Assembly: GCA_973895155.1 (NCBI GenBank)
Contig: OZ316893.1
Coordinates: 7,340,963 to 7,404,962, forward strand
Reading direction: 5' to 3'
DNA from: Marsupella aquatica
Taxonomy: Eukaryota; Plantae; Marchantiophyta
DNA: 64,000 nucleotides
Each line of letters starts with the position of its first letter. The first letter of the stretch is position 1. Both the position numbers and the translations under genes were made by a program. The notes beneath the pieces were generated by a model. The model was not told the origin of the DNA. It saw nothing but the letters and a program-made list of their open reading frames with translations, and did not search any database. Shown piece after piece: positions 13,133-24,321 of the stretch.

Positions 13133-14008
13133 TGTGGTGCGTCCCATGGCTCCCTAAACCCAAGAAACCCCCCAGCTCAAGCCGATTCCCGCAGGTTTCG
13201 TGCTTGGCGAGGCCGTTTCCGCGGCTTAGCGGCATGGGACGCTGCTAACTTTCTACTACTACTATTAACATTTTACACACATATATTGGACAGATCCTTC
13301 ATCGGGTCATGAGATACGTAGCCGGCCTAATATAGGCCTTCCCCTGTCTTCCCCTGTCTTCTTGTTAGGTATGTTTGGATTCCGTCGCCGGAATGATCCC
13401 CAATAGGCTTGGTTAAGCCGCTAAGACCTCTCTCAGCTCGACACATCCAACTCTCACTCCCCTGCTTACTTTCCTTCCTTCTGTTGATGTGGGCACTCTT
13501 CACACAAGTTAATGCGACACACAAATAGCAAAATGACTCATTCTGACTGAGTCATACCATGCACTTGCCATACAAACAGTACATCTCATACACAAGTTCT
13601 GCGAACTAAGCCGTGAGGCCAACTCTATTCAGCTCTTAGGCATGAGGAAACATGAATATACACAAGGGTCACTGTATGACTAACCGAGAGCTTCTCGTAC
13701 TACTTGATCCCAGCCCGGCTGGTGCAAACTAAAAACTTGCTAAAGAAGAGGCCGTGAGCTCCCCGCTGCCCAGGTACTTATCCTGGTAGTGGATCCGCCA
13801 TTCTTTGCATCGTAAGCCTAATCTACCTGACAGTAATCTACTTGCCCGAATCTACCTATGTACAGTAAGGCAGGAGCACAAGTGTTGCTCCTACCAGTGG
13901 GACCGCAATCCCACTAAGCTAAGTGTCAGGGCCGCTCCTGGCTCTGATCCTAATCCTAAACGTGGAGATCCGCGCCCGCCCTGCCCACTCACGCCTCCTC
14001 CCTCCACG
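13133..14008 (-). repeat. LTR of the inverted Ty3/gypsy copy
   Basis: Reverse complement of 23368-24252, 9 bp shorter; ends ..GCACCACA on the minus strand. Confidence 0.9.
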
Positions 14009-14044
14009 TCCGCCCTCCCTAAAAGGAACGGCGCCCTTGCACCG

Positions 14045-17000
14045 TCACGACACCGGTGGTGGATCCTCAATGGACGCCCCCAACACTTCCTCCTCAGCCA
14101 CTGCCGTTGGCCCGTCTACTGACAGATTACCAGCCCTTGACCGAGTCAACTCTCCATCGGCCTGACTGGGTCCACCTTCGGCTTCAGCCTCGACACCGGC
14201 CTCGGCAATGCCCACGGCTTCGGCCTCAGCCACTCCCACGGCTTCGGCTTCAGCCACTCCCTCGGCTTCGGCCTCCCCTTCCCCTAGGGTAGTTGGATCC
14301 TTAGCCGTGACCCTGTCTGGGGTCGGTGCTGGGTCTACCTCCTTGATCACCACGGCCTGTGAAGTTGTATTACTCCTTGACCCTGAAGGTTTCCGCTTCT
14401 TCTTCGTTGGTGGCTCGGCAGCTGGTCCCTTCCCCTTCCCACTTACTTCCGGCACTGGTGCAGTTGACGCGGCTTGTCCTTCGGCAATTACCACCCCTGG
14501 TAACTGGTTTGTCCCAACGGGAGATGGACCTGCTGCAGCTAAGCATTTAAATACTGCGGCTTGTTTCTTCAGCCGCTCTGTTTGGTTGTCGGCCCGCCGC
14601 TGTAGGTTCTCCATCTTCCTCGTGATTTCCTCCAACTCCTCTTGGGTTTCATCCAGGTCCTTACGTGCCCCCTCCAGCTCGTTTTTGGCCTCCTCCTGCT
14701 CCCTGTGGGCTTCCTCCAATTCCTTCTTCAAGGTAGCCCTCTCCTCCTGGGTTGCTCTTAGCTCTTTGTCGAGCTCTGCAATGATGACAGACTCCATCTG
14801 GTTCATCTTGGCGTAAGTCTGTTCGAGCATCTCGTCCTTCTCCCTTAGGTCGGCCTTGAAGCTGGCCGTCAGGGACGCAAGCTCCTGCTGCAGCGCCATA
14901 ATCCCTTGATAGGATTTCCCTAACTCGACCTCCTTCTGCTCAAGGGCTCCGCGGATTTTCTCGAGCTCCCCTTTCAACGCCCATTCCTTTCTTTGGGTCT
15001 CCGCCATGGCCCGGCTGTTGGCTGTTATGTGGGCCTCCTCTGTATTCTTCAGCTCTTGCTTCCACTTCTCCCTCTCTTTGATCGTGTCGGCCAACTCTTC
15101 CTGCGTCTGAGTCAGTTTATCCTTGATATTCTGATTATCAGCCTGCGCGGTGTCCAACTGCCCCTGCATGATGTTCAGCTCATGTCGTTTAATCCGCAGT
15201 TCATCTTGGGCTTTCTTGGCCGCCCTTAGATCTTCAATCTCGGCTTCCATCCTCCTAAGCCGCCGAATGACCTCGTCCTTCTTGCTTCTCTCTAAAGCCA
15301 CCGCTTCTTCTAATTGGTGCTTCTCCAACTGCTCCCTATGGAAAAAGGGTCCTACCTCCAACTCCTCTCCAAAGATGCCGAGCGCAAGTTCCCCACACAT
15401 CTCACCATACTCCATGGCTCTATTCTTAGCGTAGGTGGAGTAAGTAGAAGTGATCGGCATCGCCCATCGTGGCCTCTGCTCCCAAGCCGTCCTGCGGATC
15501 TCTTCAATCGTGGCTAGAGGTTTGCTTCCTTTTTCGGCTAGCCGCCTGATGTCCTCCGGCCAATCTCCTCCTGGTAAATCCTTTTCCTTAGCCAGGGCGG
15601 CCTCTTCCTCCTGCTTGATTCGCTCCTGAAATTCCTGCACCGTCTGTTTTATGCCGTTGAAGCTCGGGGGAGCAACATCTGGTGGGGGAGACTCAGGGCT
15701 ACTCTGCTGGTTGGGGTCCCCTCGCACTACCCTTGGAAGTGTGGGGACAAACCGGCCACAGGTCCTTACTCCTGGAACGTGATGGTCCGACCCATAGCCA
15801 GAATTATCATGGCTGCAGTCCTCCACTGCCTCCTCTACCTCTTGGACGTCCGGCTTCTCCCTCTTCCTCGGTAGGAGCTTCAGGCAATTCTGCCTCAGAT
15901 TCGGAGCTTGAGGTTCCCACGTACATTCGAACACCTGGCTTGGATTCCGGCCTGATTCTCTCCTTGTCTCCAGCAAAGGGGTTTTCTCTTGTGAGCCGGT
16001 GTAGGCCTACCTCTGTAGTAGTGTCCTGCATTGTTGCTGTTGCCGTTGTTGTTGCCGATGCCGATTTCTTTTCTTTCTCCAGTAGTTTCAGTAGACTCTG
16101 CATGCCTGGTTGCTGCATCGGCAAGTCTTCCTTCCTGGGCCTAAACACCTGCTCGATCGTAGGACTAACAGGTGGTTGAGGCTTCTCAGCCAACGGCCTT
16201 GGCGTTGGAGCTTCCTCGGGTGCCCTTACCTGCAGGGGAAGTACCGGGGCAAAAGTCTGACCTCTGGCATACCGGCACAACAGAGGCATGTGATAGCCAA
16301 GCCGCGACACCCTCCCCATGCCAATTACCTGCTGCTCCTCCTTTAAGATCTTCTTCAATTGGTTGAGGAGGTACCCGTTGTAGTCCCGGCTTGGGTCTGG
16401 CCTTTCTGCCAGATAGACCTGTGCCTTGCCGATCTCTGCCCTCGACAAGTTACAATGCATGGTCACCCGCAAGAAGTCGATCATCTCTCCTATGTGCGGG
16501 TTGGTGCAGGTGTTCCGGAAGAAGCCATTCTTCGTTGATGGCCCGGGGAACGACCGGAACTCCTTGTCAGGCAAGGTCTTCTTGGTATCAACTTTGGTCT
16601 TATTGCCTATCGGCAGGCCAAACACTTCGGCAATTACCTTGGGAGTAAGATAGAAATCCTTCCCATATATCCTCGTGCAATTGGTCTCGGGTTCCCATGA
16701 CCCCACGAATTCTAATAGGTCTGACTCCGGTACCTCCGGCTTCAGCCATGGTAATCTTACAAAGGCCTCCAAGCCGGATCCGGCCATGAAGCCTTGGTAC
16801 TTCTTGGTCTGCATGGCCGTAAAGCATGCATCCTCCTCCCGTGCAAAATGTAGTTGCACCTCCACCGGTAGGGTTGCCGCCCAGCCCTTCCAGGTGTCAT
16901 CCCTGGTTGGAATGGCCTTGATGGGATCGACCTCCTCCTCTTCGGCTTCTCCCTGCCTCCTGCTCTGCTGCTTGGCTGGCTTCTTTGGTGCCGCCGACCT

Positions 17001-17405
17001 CGTTCTTTTTGCCGGGGTGGCTTCATCGTTGACGGCTCCCTTCCTCTTCATCTTTGCTGTCGTGGAGGTTTCTCCTAGCACCGTTGCCTGGGTCCACCTT
17101 TCCGTGCTACCCTTTAATTCCCAGTGTATGTCGTTGCAGTTCTTGATGGCCTCTCGGATGCCGACGACGCTGTCTTTGCAAAACAGAAGATTGTCGAGTT
17201 GATTGGAAGTAGGCGTCCATAGGAACTCGTCCTTGATGAGTTCGCCTCCTAAGAAAGCCGTCTTCTGCAGCTCCCACAATCGAGCGAGCTCTTGCCGTTC
17301 TCGAGCTGCCCTTTCTGACTCCTCGTCCTCGTAAGTCTTGATGTACTCAGTTGCCGGTTCGAACAGGCATCCCCAGAAATGTGCCGCTTGATTTACGTTG
17401 CTCAT
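14045..17405 (-). pseudogene. Extra 3' ORF (ORF3) of the inverted retrotransposon copy, frameshifted
   Basis: ORFs 15807-17405 and 14045-15976 together match the 19990-23331 protein, with a 5-bp deletion near 15860. Confidence 0.9.
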
Positions 17406-17767
17406 ACCCTCCTTAGGTCGATCGTCGGTATCTACTCTCTCCCGAGTGCTTGCCTAAGCAGCTGACAGTAGTTGGCCTCCCGTAGTCGTCTGCCTAGTTC
17501 GTGCTCGCAAATGAGCCACCATCTCCTGCAAGAGCGCTCCTTACCCCTCTCCTCTACCGGTCCTTCTTCCCGTTGATCCTTCCTAGCCACCGACGCTTAA
17601 CGCGCCCTAACCCTAATCGGGTTTTCACCCTCAGCCTTACCTCCGGCCTCTGCCCGGGTTCCATGGTTGCCCCTAATTGTTTATATTTTCCTTGTTTTGT
17701 CACTATACTAAGGTGTTCCTAGGGTGCCTTCCTGCTTTACCCACTTAACCGGCCGAGTGATTCCTGT

Positions 17768-19690
17768 CTAGGCATCACATAGCTCCCCACATAATTGTGA
17801 AGCGTCCTCGCGAACAACTTCATCTTCGTCCATATAGTATTTCTTGAGGTGGTCATAATGGATGCGAACTGGATATACCTCTCCTGTAATGTTGGCCAAT
17901 TGTACGGAGCCATTGGGGAACATCATGGTTACTCTAAAGGGTCCTAACTAGCGAGTGTAAAGCTTTCCTGGAAACCTACTATACCTACTGTCATAAAGTA
18001 GCACAAGATCACCGGTATGAATACTAACTACTTTTAACCTTTTATCATACTGCTGCTTCATGATATTCTGTCTATATTCTACTCTCTCGGCTGAAATCAT
18101 TCTCGCTTCCTCTAAAGCTTCTAACCTATATTCTCGCTCCTTTAGGCTCTCCTCCGCTGAGGCTCTTTCCTCAATTATAACTTGAAATGTCGGTATCTCA
18201 AGTTGCATGGGTACCAGGGCTTCTTGTCCAAAGGTTAAGAAGAAGGGTGTATGACCGGTAGTGGATTTATAGGCAAGATTGTAAGCAAAAACAACAGCAA
18301 ACAATTTATCATCCCAATCGAGTTTGTTCTGAGCTACTGTCTTGTTCAATATCTTTCCTATGATTCCGTTTGCTCGTTCTGTCAACCCGTTTGCCTTTGG
18401 ATGGTAGGGAGTAGTAGGCCTATGTTTAACTAAATACTGCTCATTTAAACGACTAATTATATCATTCAAAAAATGGGTTCCTCTATCACTAACTAATTCT
18501 AGGGGTGCTCCATACCTGGTGAAGATCTGCTCATACATGAATCTAGCCGTAGTAATTGCATCATCCTTCGTTGTTGGTCTGGCCTCTACCCATTTAGTTG
18601 CATAATCCGTAGCCAGGATTATGTACTTGTTCCGTCGAGGGTGGGTCAGTGGTTTCAGAGGTCCAATGTAATCAATACCCCACTTCTCGAATGGTGCCAG
18701 CGGTAGAATAGGGTGCAGTGGATGCCTGGTGGACGCCCTTGGTCCTCCCGCTCGTTGACAAGGATCGCATTGTTTGATAAACTGATAGACATCTTTGTGC
18801 AAGGTGGGCCACCAGTAACCGGCATTTAATATCTTCTTAGACGTGGTTACTGGGGCAAAATGTCCTCCGGCCTCCTCTCCATGCATGGCCCGTAGGACTC
18901 GTTTTACCTCTCTCTTTTCCAAACACCTTTGAATCGTGCCGTTGATTCCATGCTTGTGCAGTATGCCTTTAATGCACTGATACTGTCTGACCTTCCGCAC
19001 AAAGACTGCGGCTTGCTCTCGGCTTAATCCTGGCTGTAATCTGGAAGTGCTCAGAAATTGTAAAATCTCAGGGTACCATGTACCAGCTATTTCCACAACG
19101 AATAGCTCCTCGTCGGGGAATCGATCATCGATGCAATCCGTGGCAGGTTTACCTGTGATCCTTGAAAAGAAGTCGGCATTGGCATGTAACTTTCCCGGCT
19201 TGATCCTCAGCTCATAGTCAAACTCCTGTAATAGCAAAATCCATCTTGCTACTCTGCCTGTAAGGTCCGGCTTATTGACTAGGTACTTCAAACTTTCATG
19301 ATCAGTATGAAAGATTACCTTGTACCCTAGTAAATAATGCCTAAACTTTTTACAAGAATAAATGACTCCTAATGCTTCTCTTTCCGTGGTAGAGTAGTTC
19401 CGTTCGGCATCGGCAAGCTGACGGCTTGCGAAGTATATGGGATGGTCCCTTCCTTTCTCATCCAACTGACTTAGTACTGAGCCAATACAGAAGCCCGAGA
19501 CATCTACAAAAACATGAAAATCTTTGTTCCAGTCCGGTGCTATCATGACTGGGGCCTCTACTAACATCTGCTTCAATTCTACCACCGCTGTGACTCGTTC
19601 GGGTGTGGGTTCGAAGTCTGCTCCTGCCTTGAGCATATTGGTTAATGGTAAAGCCAGCTTGGCAAAATCCTTGATGAACCGGCGATAGTA
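17768..19690 (-). pseudogene. 5'-truncated pol (RT connection, RNase H, integrase) of the inverted copy
   Basis: ERNYSTTEREAL RNase H motif, HHCC zinc finger, WGIDYIG..SDRGTHF..NGLTER integrase core. Nearly identical to 28566-30483. Confidence 0.92.
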
Positions 19691-19989
19691 TAGTGACAAA
19701 ACAAGGAAAATATAAACAATTAGGGGCAACCATGGAACCCGGGCCGAGGCCGGAGGTAAGGCTAAGGGTGAAAACCCGATTAGGGTTAGGGCGCGTGAAG
19801 CATCGGCGGCTAGGAAGGATCAACGGGAAGAAGGACCGGCAGAGGAGAGGGGTAAGGAGCGCTTGCAGGAGATGGTGGCTCATTTGCGAGCACGAACTAG
19901 GCAGACGACTACGGGAGGCCAACTACTGTCAGCTGCTTAGGCAAGCACTCGGGGAGAGAGTAGATACCGACGATCAACCTAAGGAGGGT

Positions 19990-22900
19990 ATGAGCAACGT
20001 CAATCAAGTGGCACATTTCTGGGGATGCCTGTTCGAACGGGCAACTGAGTACATCAAGACTTACGAGGACGAGGAGTCAGAAAGGGCAGCTCGAGAACGG
20101 CAGGAGCTCGCTCGATTGTGGGAGCTGCAGAAGACGGCTTTCTTAGGAGGCGAACTTATCAAGGACGAGTTCCTGTGGACGCCTACTTCCAATCAACTCG
20201 ACGATCTTCTGTTTTGCAAAGACAGCGTCGTCGGCATCCGAGAGGCCATCAAGAACTGCAACAACATACACTGGGAATTAAAGGGTAGCACGGAAAGGTG
20301 GACCCAGGCAACGGTGCTAGGAGAAACCTCCACGACAGCAGAGATGAAGAGGAAGGGAGCCGTCAACGATGAAGCCACCCCGGCAAAAAGAACGAGGTCG
20401 GCGGCACCAAAGAAGCCAGCCGAGCAGCAGAGCAGGAGGCAGGGAGAAGCCGAAGAGGAGGAGGTCGATCCCATCAAGGCCATTCCAACCAGGGATGACA
20501 CCTGGAAGGGCTGGGCGGCAACCCTACCGGTGGAGGTGCAACTACATTTTGCACGGGAGGAGGATGCATGCTTTACGGCCATGCAGACCAAGAAGTACCA
20601 AGGCTTCATGGCCGGATCCGGCTTGGAGGCCTTTGTAAGATTACCATGGCTGAAGCCGGAGGTACCGGAGTCAGACCTATTAGAATTCGTGGGGTCATGG
20701 GAACCCGAGACCAATTGCACGAGGATATATGGGAAGGATTTCTATCTTACTCCCAAGGTAATTGCCGAAGTGTTTGGCTTGCCGATAGGCAATAAGACCA
20801 AAGTTGATACCAAGAAGACCTTGCCTGACAAGGAGTTCCGGTCGTTCCCCGGGCCATCAACGAAGAATGGCTTCTTCCGGAACACCTGCACCAACCCGCA
20901 CATAGGAGAGATGATCGACTTCTTGCGGGTGACCATGCATTGTAACTTGCCGAGGGCAGAGATCGGCAAGGCACAGGTCTATCTGGCAGAAAGGCCAGAC
21001 CCAAGCCGGGACTACAACGGGTACCTCCTCAACCAATTGAAGAAGATCTTAAAGGAGGAGCAGCAGGTAATCGGCATGGGGAGCGTGTCGCGGCTTGGCT
21101 ATCACATGCCGCTGTTGTGCCGGTATGCCAGAGGTCAGACTTTTGCCCCGGTACTTCCCCTGCAGGTAAGGGCACCCGAGGAAGCTCCAACGCCGAGGCC
21201 GTTGGCTGAGAAGCCTCAACCACCTGTTAGTCCTACGATCGAGCAGGTGTTTAGGCCCAGGAAGGAAGACTTGCCGATGCAGCAACCAGGCATGCAGAGT
21301 CTGCTGAAACTACTGGAGAAAGAAAAGAAATCGGCATCGGCAACAACAACGGCAACGGCAACAATGCAGGACACTACTACAGAGGTAGGCCTACACCGGC
21401 TCACAAGAGAAAACCCCTTTGCTGGAGACAAGAAGAGAATCAGGCCGGAATCCAAGCCAGGTGTTCGAATGTACGTGGGAACCTCAAGCTCCGAATCTGA
21501 GGCAGAATTGCCTGAAGCTCCTACCGAGGAAGAGGAGAGGGAGAAGCCGGACGTCCAAGAGGTAGAGGAGGCAGTGGAGGACTGCAGCCATGATAATTCC
21601 GGCTATGGGTCGGACCATCACGTTCCAGGAGTAAGGACCTGTGGCCGGTTTATCCCCACACTTCCAAGGGTAGTGCGAGGGGACCCCAACCAGCAGAGTA
21701 GCCCTGAGTCTCCCCCACCAGATGTTGCTCCCCCGAGCTTCGACGGCATAAAACAGACGGTGCAGGAATTTCAGGAGCGAATCAAGCAGGAGGAAGAGGC
21801 CGCCCTGGCTAAGGAAAAGGATTTACTAGGAGGAGATTGGCCGGAGGACATCAGGCGGCTAGCCGAAAAAGGAAGCAAACCTCTAGCCACGATTGAAGAG
21901 ATCCGCAGGATGGCTTGGGAGCAGAGGCCACGATGGGCGATGCCGATCACTTCTACTTACTCCACCTACGCTAAGAATAGAGCCATGGAGTATGGTGAGA
22001 TGTGTGGGGAACTTGCGCTCGGCATCTTTGGAGAGGAGTTGGAGGTAGGACCCTTTTTCCATAGGGAGCAGTTGGAGAAGCACCAATTAGAAGAAGCGGT
22101 GGCTTTAGAGAGAAGCAAGAAGGACGAGGTCATTCGGCGGCTTAGGAGGATGGAAGCCAAGATTGAAGATCTAAGGGCGGCCAAGAAAGCCCAAGATGAA
22201 CTGCGGATTAAACGACATGAGCTGACCATCATGCAGGGGCAGTTGGACACCGCGCAGGCTGATAATCAGAATATCAAGGATAAACTGACTCAGACGCAGG
22301 AAGAGTTGGCCGACACGATCAAAGAGAGGGAGAAGTGGAAGCAAGAGCTGAAGAATACAGAGGAGGCCCACATAACAGCCAACAGCCGGGCCATGGCGGA
22401 GACCCAAAGAAAGGAATGGGCGTTGAAAGGGGAGCTCGAGAAAATCCGCGGAGCCCTTGAGCAGAAGGAGGTCGAGTTAGGGAAATCCTATCAAGGGATT
22501 ATGGCGCTGCAGCAGGAGCTTGCGTCCCTGACGGCCAGCTTCAAGGCCGACCTAAGGGAGAAGGACGAGATGCTCGAACAGACTTACGCCAAGATGAACC
22601 AGATGGAGTCTGTCATCATTGCAGAGCTCGACAAAGAGCTAAGAGCAACCCAGGAGGAGAGGGCTACCTTGAAGAAGGAATTGGAGGAAGCCCACAGGGA
22701 GCAGGAGGAGGCCAAAAACGAGCTGGAGGGGGCACGTAAGGACCTGGATGAAACCCAAGAGGAGTTGGAGGAAATCACGAGGAAGATGGAGAACCTACAG
22801 CGGCGGGCCGACAACCAAACAGAGCGGCTGAAGAAACAAGCCGCAGTATTTAAATGCTTAGCTGCAGCAGGTCCATCTCCCGTTGGGACAAACCAGTTAC

Positions 22901-23331
22901 CAGGGGTGGTAATTGCCGAAGGACAAGCCGCGTCAACTGCACCAGTGCTGGAAGTAAGTGGGAAGGGGAAGGGACCAGCTGCCGAGCCACCAACGAAGAA
23001 GAAGCGGAAACCTTCAGGGTCAAGGAGTAATACGACTTCACAGGCCGTGGTGATCAAGGAGGTAGACCCAGCACCGACCCCAGACAGGGTCACGGCTAAG
23101 GATCCAACTACCCTAGGGGAAGGGGAGGCCAAAGCCGTGGGAGTGGCTGAGGCCGAAGCCGTGGGTATTGCCGAGGCCGGTGTCGAGGCTGAAGCCGAAG
23201 GTGGACCCAGTCAGGCCGATGGAGAGTTGACTCGGTCAAGGGCAGGTAATCTGTCAGTAGGCGGGCCAACGGCAGTGGCTGAGGAGGAAGTGTTGGGGGC
23301 GTCCATTGAGGATCCACCACCGGTGTCGTGA
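19990..23331 (+). CDS. Intact extra ORF3 (about 1113 aa): plant-mobile-domain/Athila-ORF1-like region plus long coiled coil
   Basis: Open frame from ATG 19990. LLEFVGSW..IYGKDFYLTPKVIAEVFGLP motif, about 250-aa E/K/L coiled coil, PTKKKRK NLS-like motif, AEAEAVG repeats. Confidence 0.8.
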   Translation: MSNVNQVAHFWGCLFERATEYIKTYEDEESERAARERQELARLWELQKTAFLGGELIKDEFLWTPTSNQLDDLLFCKDSVVGIREAIKNCNNIHWELKGSTERWTQATVLGETSTTAEMKRKGAVNDEATPAKRTRSAAPKKPAEQQSRRQGEAEEEEVDPIKAIPTRDDTWKGWAATLPVEVQLHFAREEDACFTAMQTKKYQGFMAGSGLEAFVRLPWLKPEVPESDLLEFVGSWEPETNCTRIYGKDFYLTPKVIAEVFGLPIGNKTKVDTKKTLPDKEFRSFPGPSTKNGFFRNTCTNPHIGEMIDFLRVTMHCNLPRAEIGKAQVYLAERPDPSRDYNGYLLNQLKKILKEEQQVIGMGSVSRLGYHMPLLCRYARGQTFAPVLPLQVRAPEEAPTPRPLAEKPQPPVSPTIEQVFRPRKEDLPMQQPGMQSLLKLLEKEKKSASATTTATATMQDTTTEVGLHRLTRENPFAGDKKRIRPESKPGVRMYVGTSSSESEAELPEAPTEEEEREKPDVQEVEEAVEDCSHDNSGYGSDHHVPGVRTCGRFIPTLPRVVRGDPNQQSSPESPPPDVAPPSFDGIKQTVQEFQERIKQEEEAALAKEKDLLGGDWPEDIRRLAEKGSKPLATIEEIRRMAWEQRPRWAMPITSTYSTYAKNRAMEYGEMCGELALGIFGEELEVGPFFHREQLEKHQLEEAVALERSKKDEVIRRLRRMEAKIEDLRAAKKAQDELRIKRHELTIMQGQLDTAQADNQNIKDKLTQTQEELADTIKEREKWKQELKNTEEAHITANSRAMAETQRKEWALKGELEKIRGALEQKEVELGKSYQGIMALQQELASLTASFKADLREKDEMLEQTYAKMNQMESVIIAELDKELRATQEERATLKKELEEAHREQEEAKNELEGARKDLDETQEELEEITRKMENLQRRADNQTERLKKQAAVFKCLAAAGPSPVGTNQLPGVVIAEGQAASTAPVLEVSGKGKGPAAEPPTKKKRKPSGSRSNTTSQAVVIKEVDPAPTPDRVTAKDPTTLGEGEAKAVGVAEAEAVGIAEAGVEAEAEGGPSQADGELTRSRAGNLSVGGPTAVAEEEVLGASIEDPPPVS

Positions 23332-23367
23332 TGGTGCAAGGGCGCCGTTCCTTTTAGGGAGGGCGGA

Positions 23368-24252
23368 CGTGGAGGGAGGAGGCGTGAGTGGGCAGGGCGG
23401 GCGCGGATCTCCACGTTTAGGATTAGGATCAGAACCAGGAGCGGCCCTGACACTTAGCTTAGTGGGATTGCGGTCCCACTGGTAGGAGCAACACTTGTGC
23501 TCCTGCCTTGCTGTACATAGGTAGATTCGGGCAAGTAGATTACTGTCAGGTAGATTAGGCTTACGATGCAAAGAATGGCGGATCCACTACCAGGATAAGT
23601 ACCTGGGCAGCGGGGAGCTCAGGGCCTCTTCTTTAGCAAGTTTTTAGTTTGCACCAGCCGGGCTGGGATCAAGTAGTACGAGAAGCTCTCGGTTAGTCAT
23701 ACAGTGACCCTTGTGTATATTCATGTTTCCTCATGCCTAAGAGCTGAATAGAGTTGGCCTCACGGCTTAGTTCGCAGAACTTGTGTATGAGATGTACTGT
23801 TTGTATGGCAAGTGCATGGTATGACTCAGTCAAAATGAGTCATTTTGCTATTTGTGTGTCGCATTAACTTGTGTGAAGAGTGCCCACATCAACAGAAGGA
23901 AGGAAAGTAAGCAGGGGAGTGAGAGTTGGATGTGTCGAGCTGAGAGAGGTCTTAGCGGCTTAACCAAGCCTATTGGGGATCATTCCGGCGGCGGAATCCA
24001 AACATACCTAACAAGACGGAGGGGAAGACAGGGGAAGACAGGGGAAGGCCTATATTAGGCCGGCTACGTATCTCATGACCCGATGAAGGATCTGTCCAGT
24101 ATATGTGTGTAAAATGTTAATAGTAGTAGTAGAAGGTTAGCAGCGTCCCATGCCGCTAAGCCGCGGAAACGGCCTCGCCAAGCACGAAACCTGCGGGAAT
24201 CGGCTTGAGCTGGGGGGTTTCTTGGGTTTAGGGAGCCATGGGACGCACCACA
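23368..24252 (+). repeat. LTR shared between the upstream truncated copy and the full-length copy
   Basis: Follows PPT AGGGAGGGCGGA (23356-23367) and precedes the PBS. Ends CACCACA; 5' boundary uncertain by about 2 bp. Confidence 0.88.
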
Positions 24253-24256
24253 TTTT

Positions 24257-24273
24257 TGGCGCTAGATGGAGGG
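24257..24273 (+). promoter_or_regulatory. Primer binding site, tRNA-Asn type
   Basis: TGGCGCTAGATGGAGGG is complementary, with 1 mismatch, to the plant tRNA-Asn 3' end as I recall it (CCCTCCTTCTAGCG-CCA). It lies 4 nt after the LTR. Confidence 0.75.
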
Positions 24274-24321
24274 GGCATTTCTTAAGCCGTGAGATATGAA
24301 GTTAGAACGGAAGCGTAGGTA

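Noticed and set aside
19686-24252. A 4.6-kb LTR containing ORF3
   Set aside because: The PPT at 23356-23367 and the terminal inverted repeat define an LTR of about 885 bp. The longer repeat is a truncated tandem copy ending at a microhomology junction.
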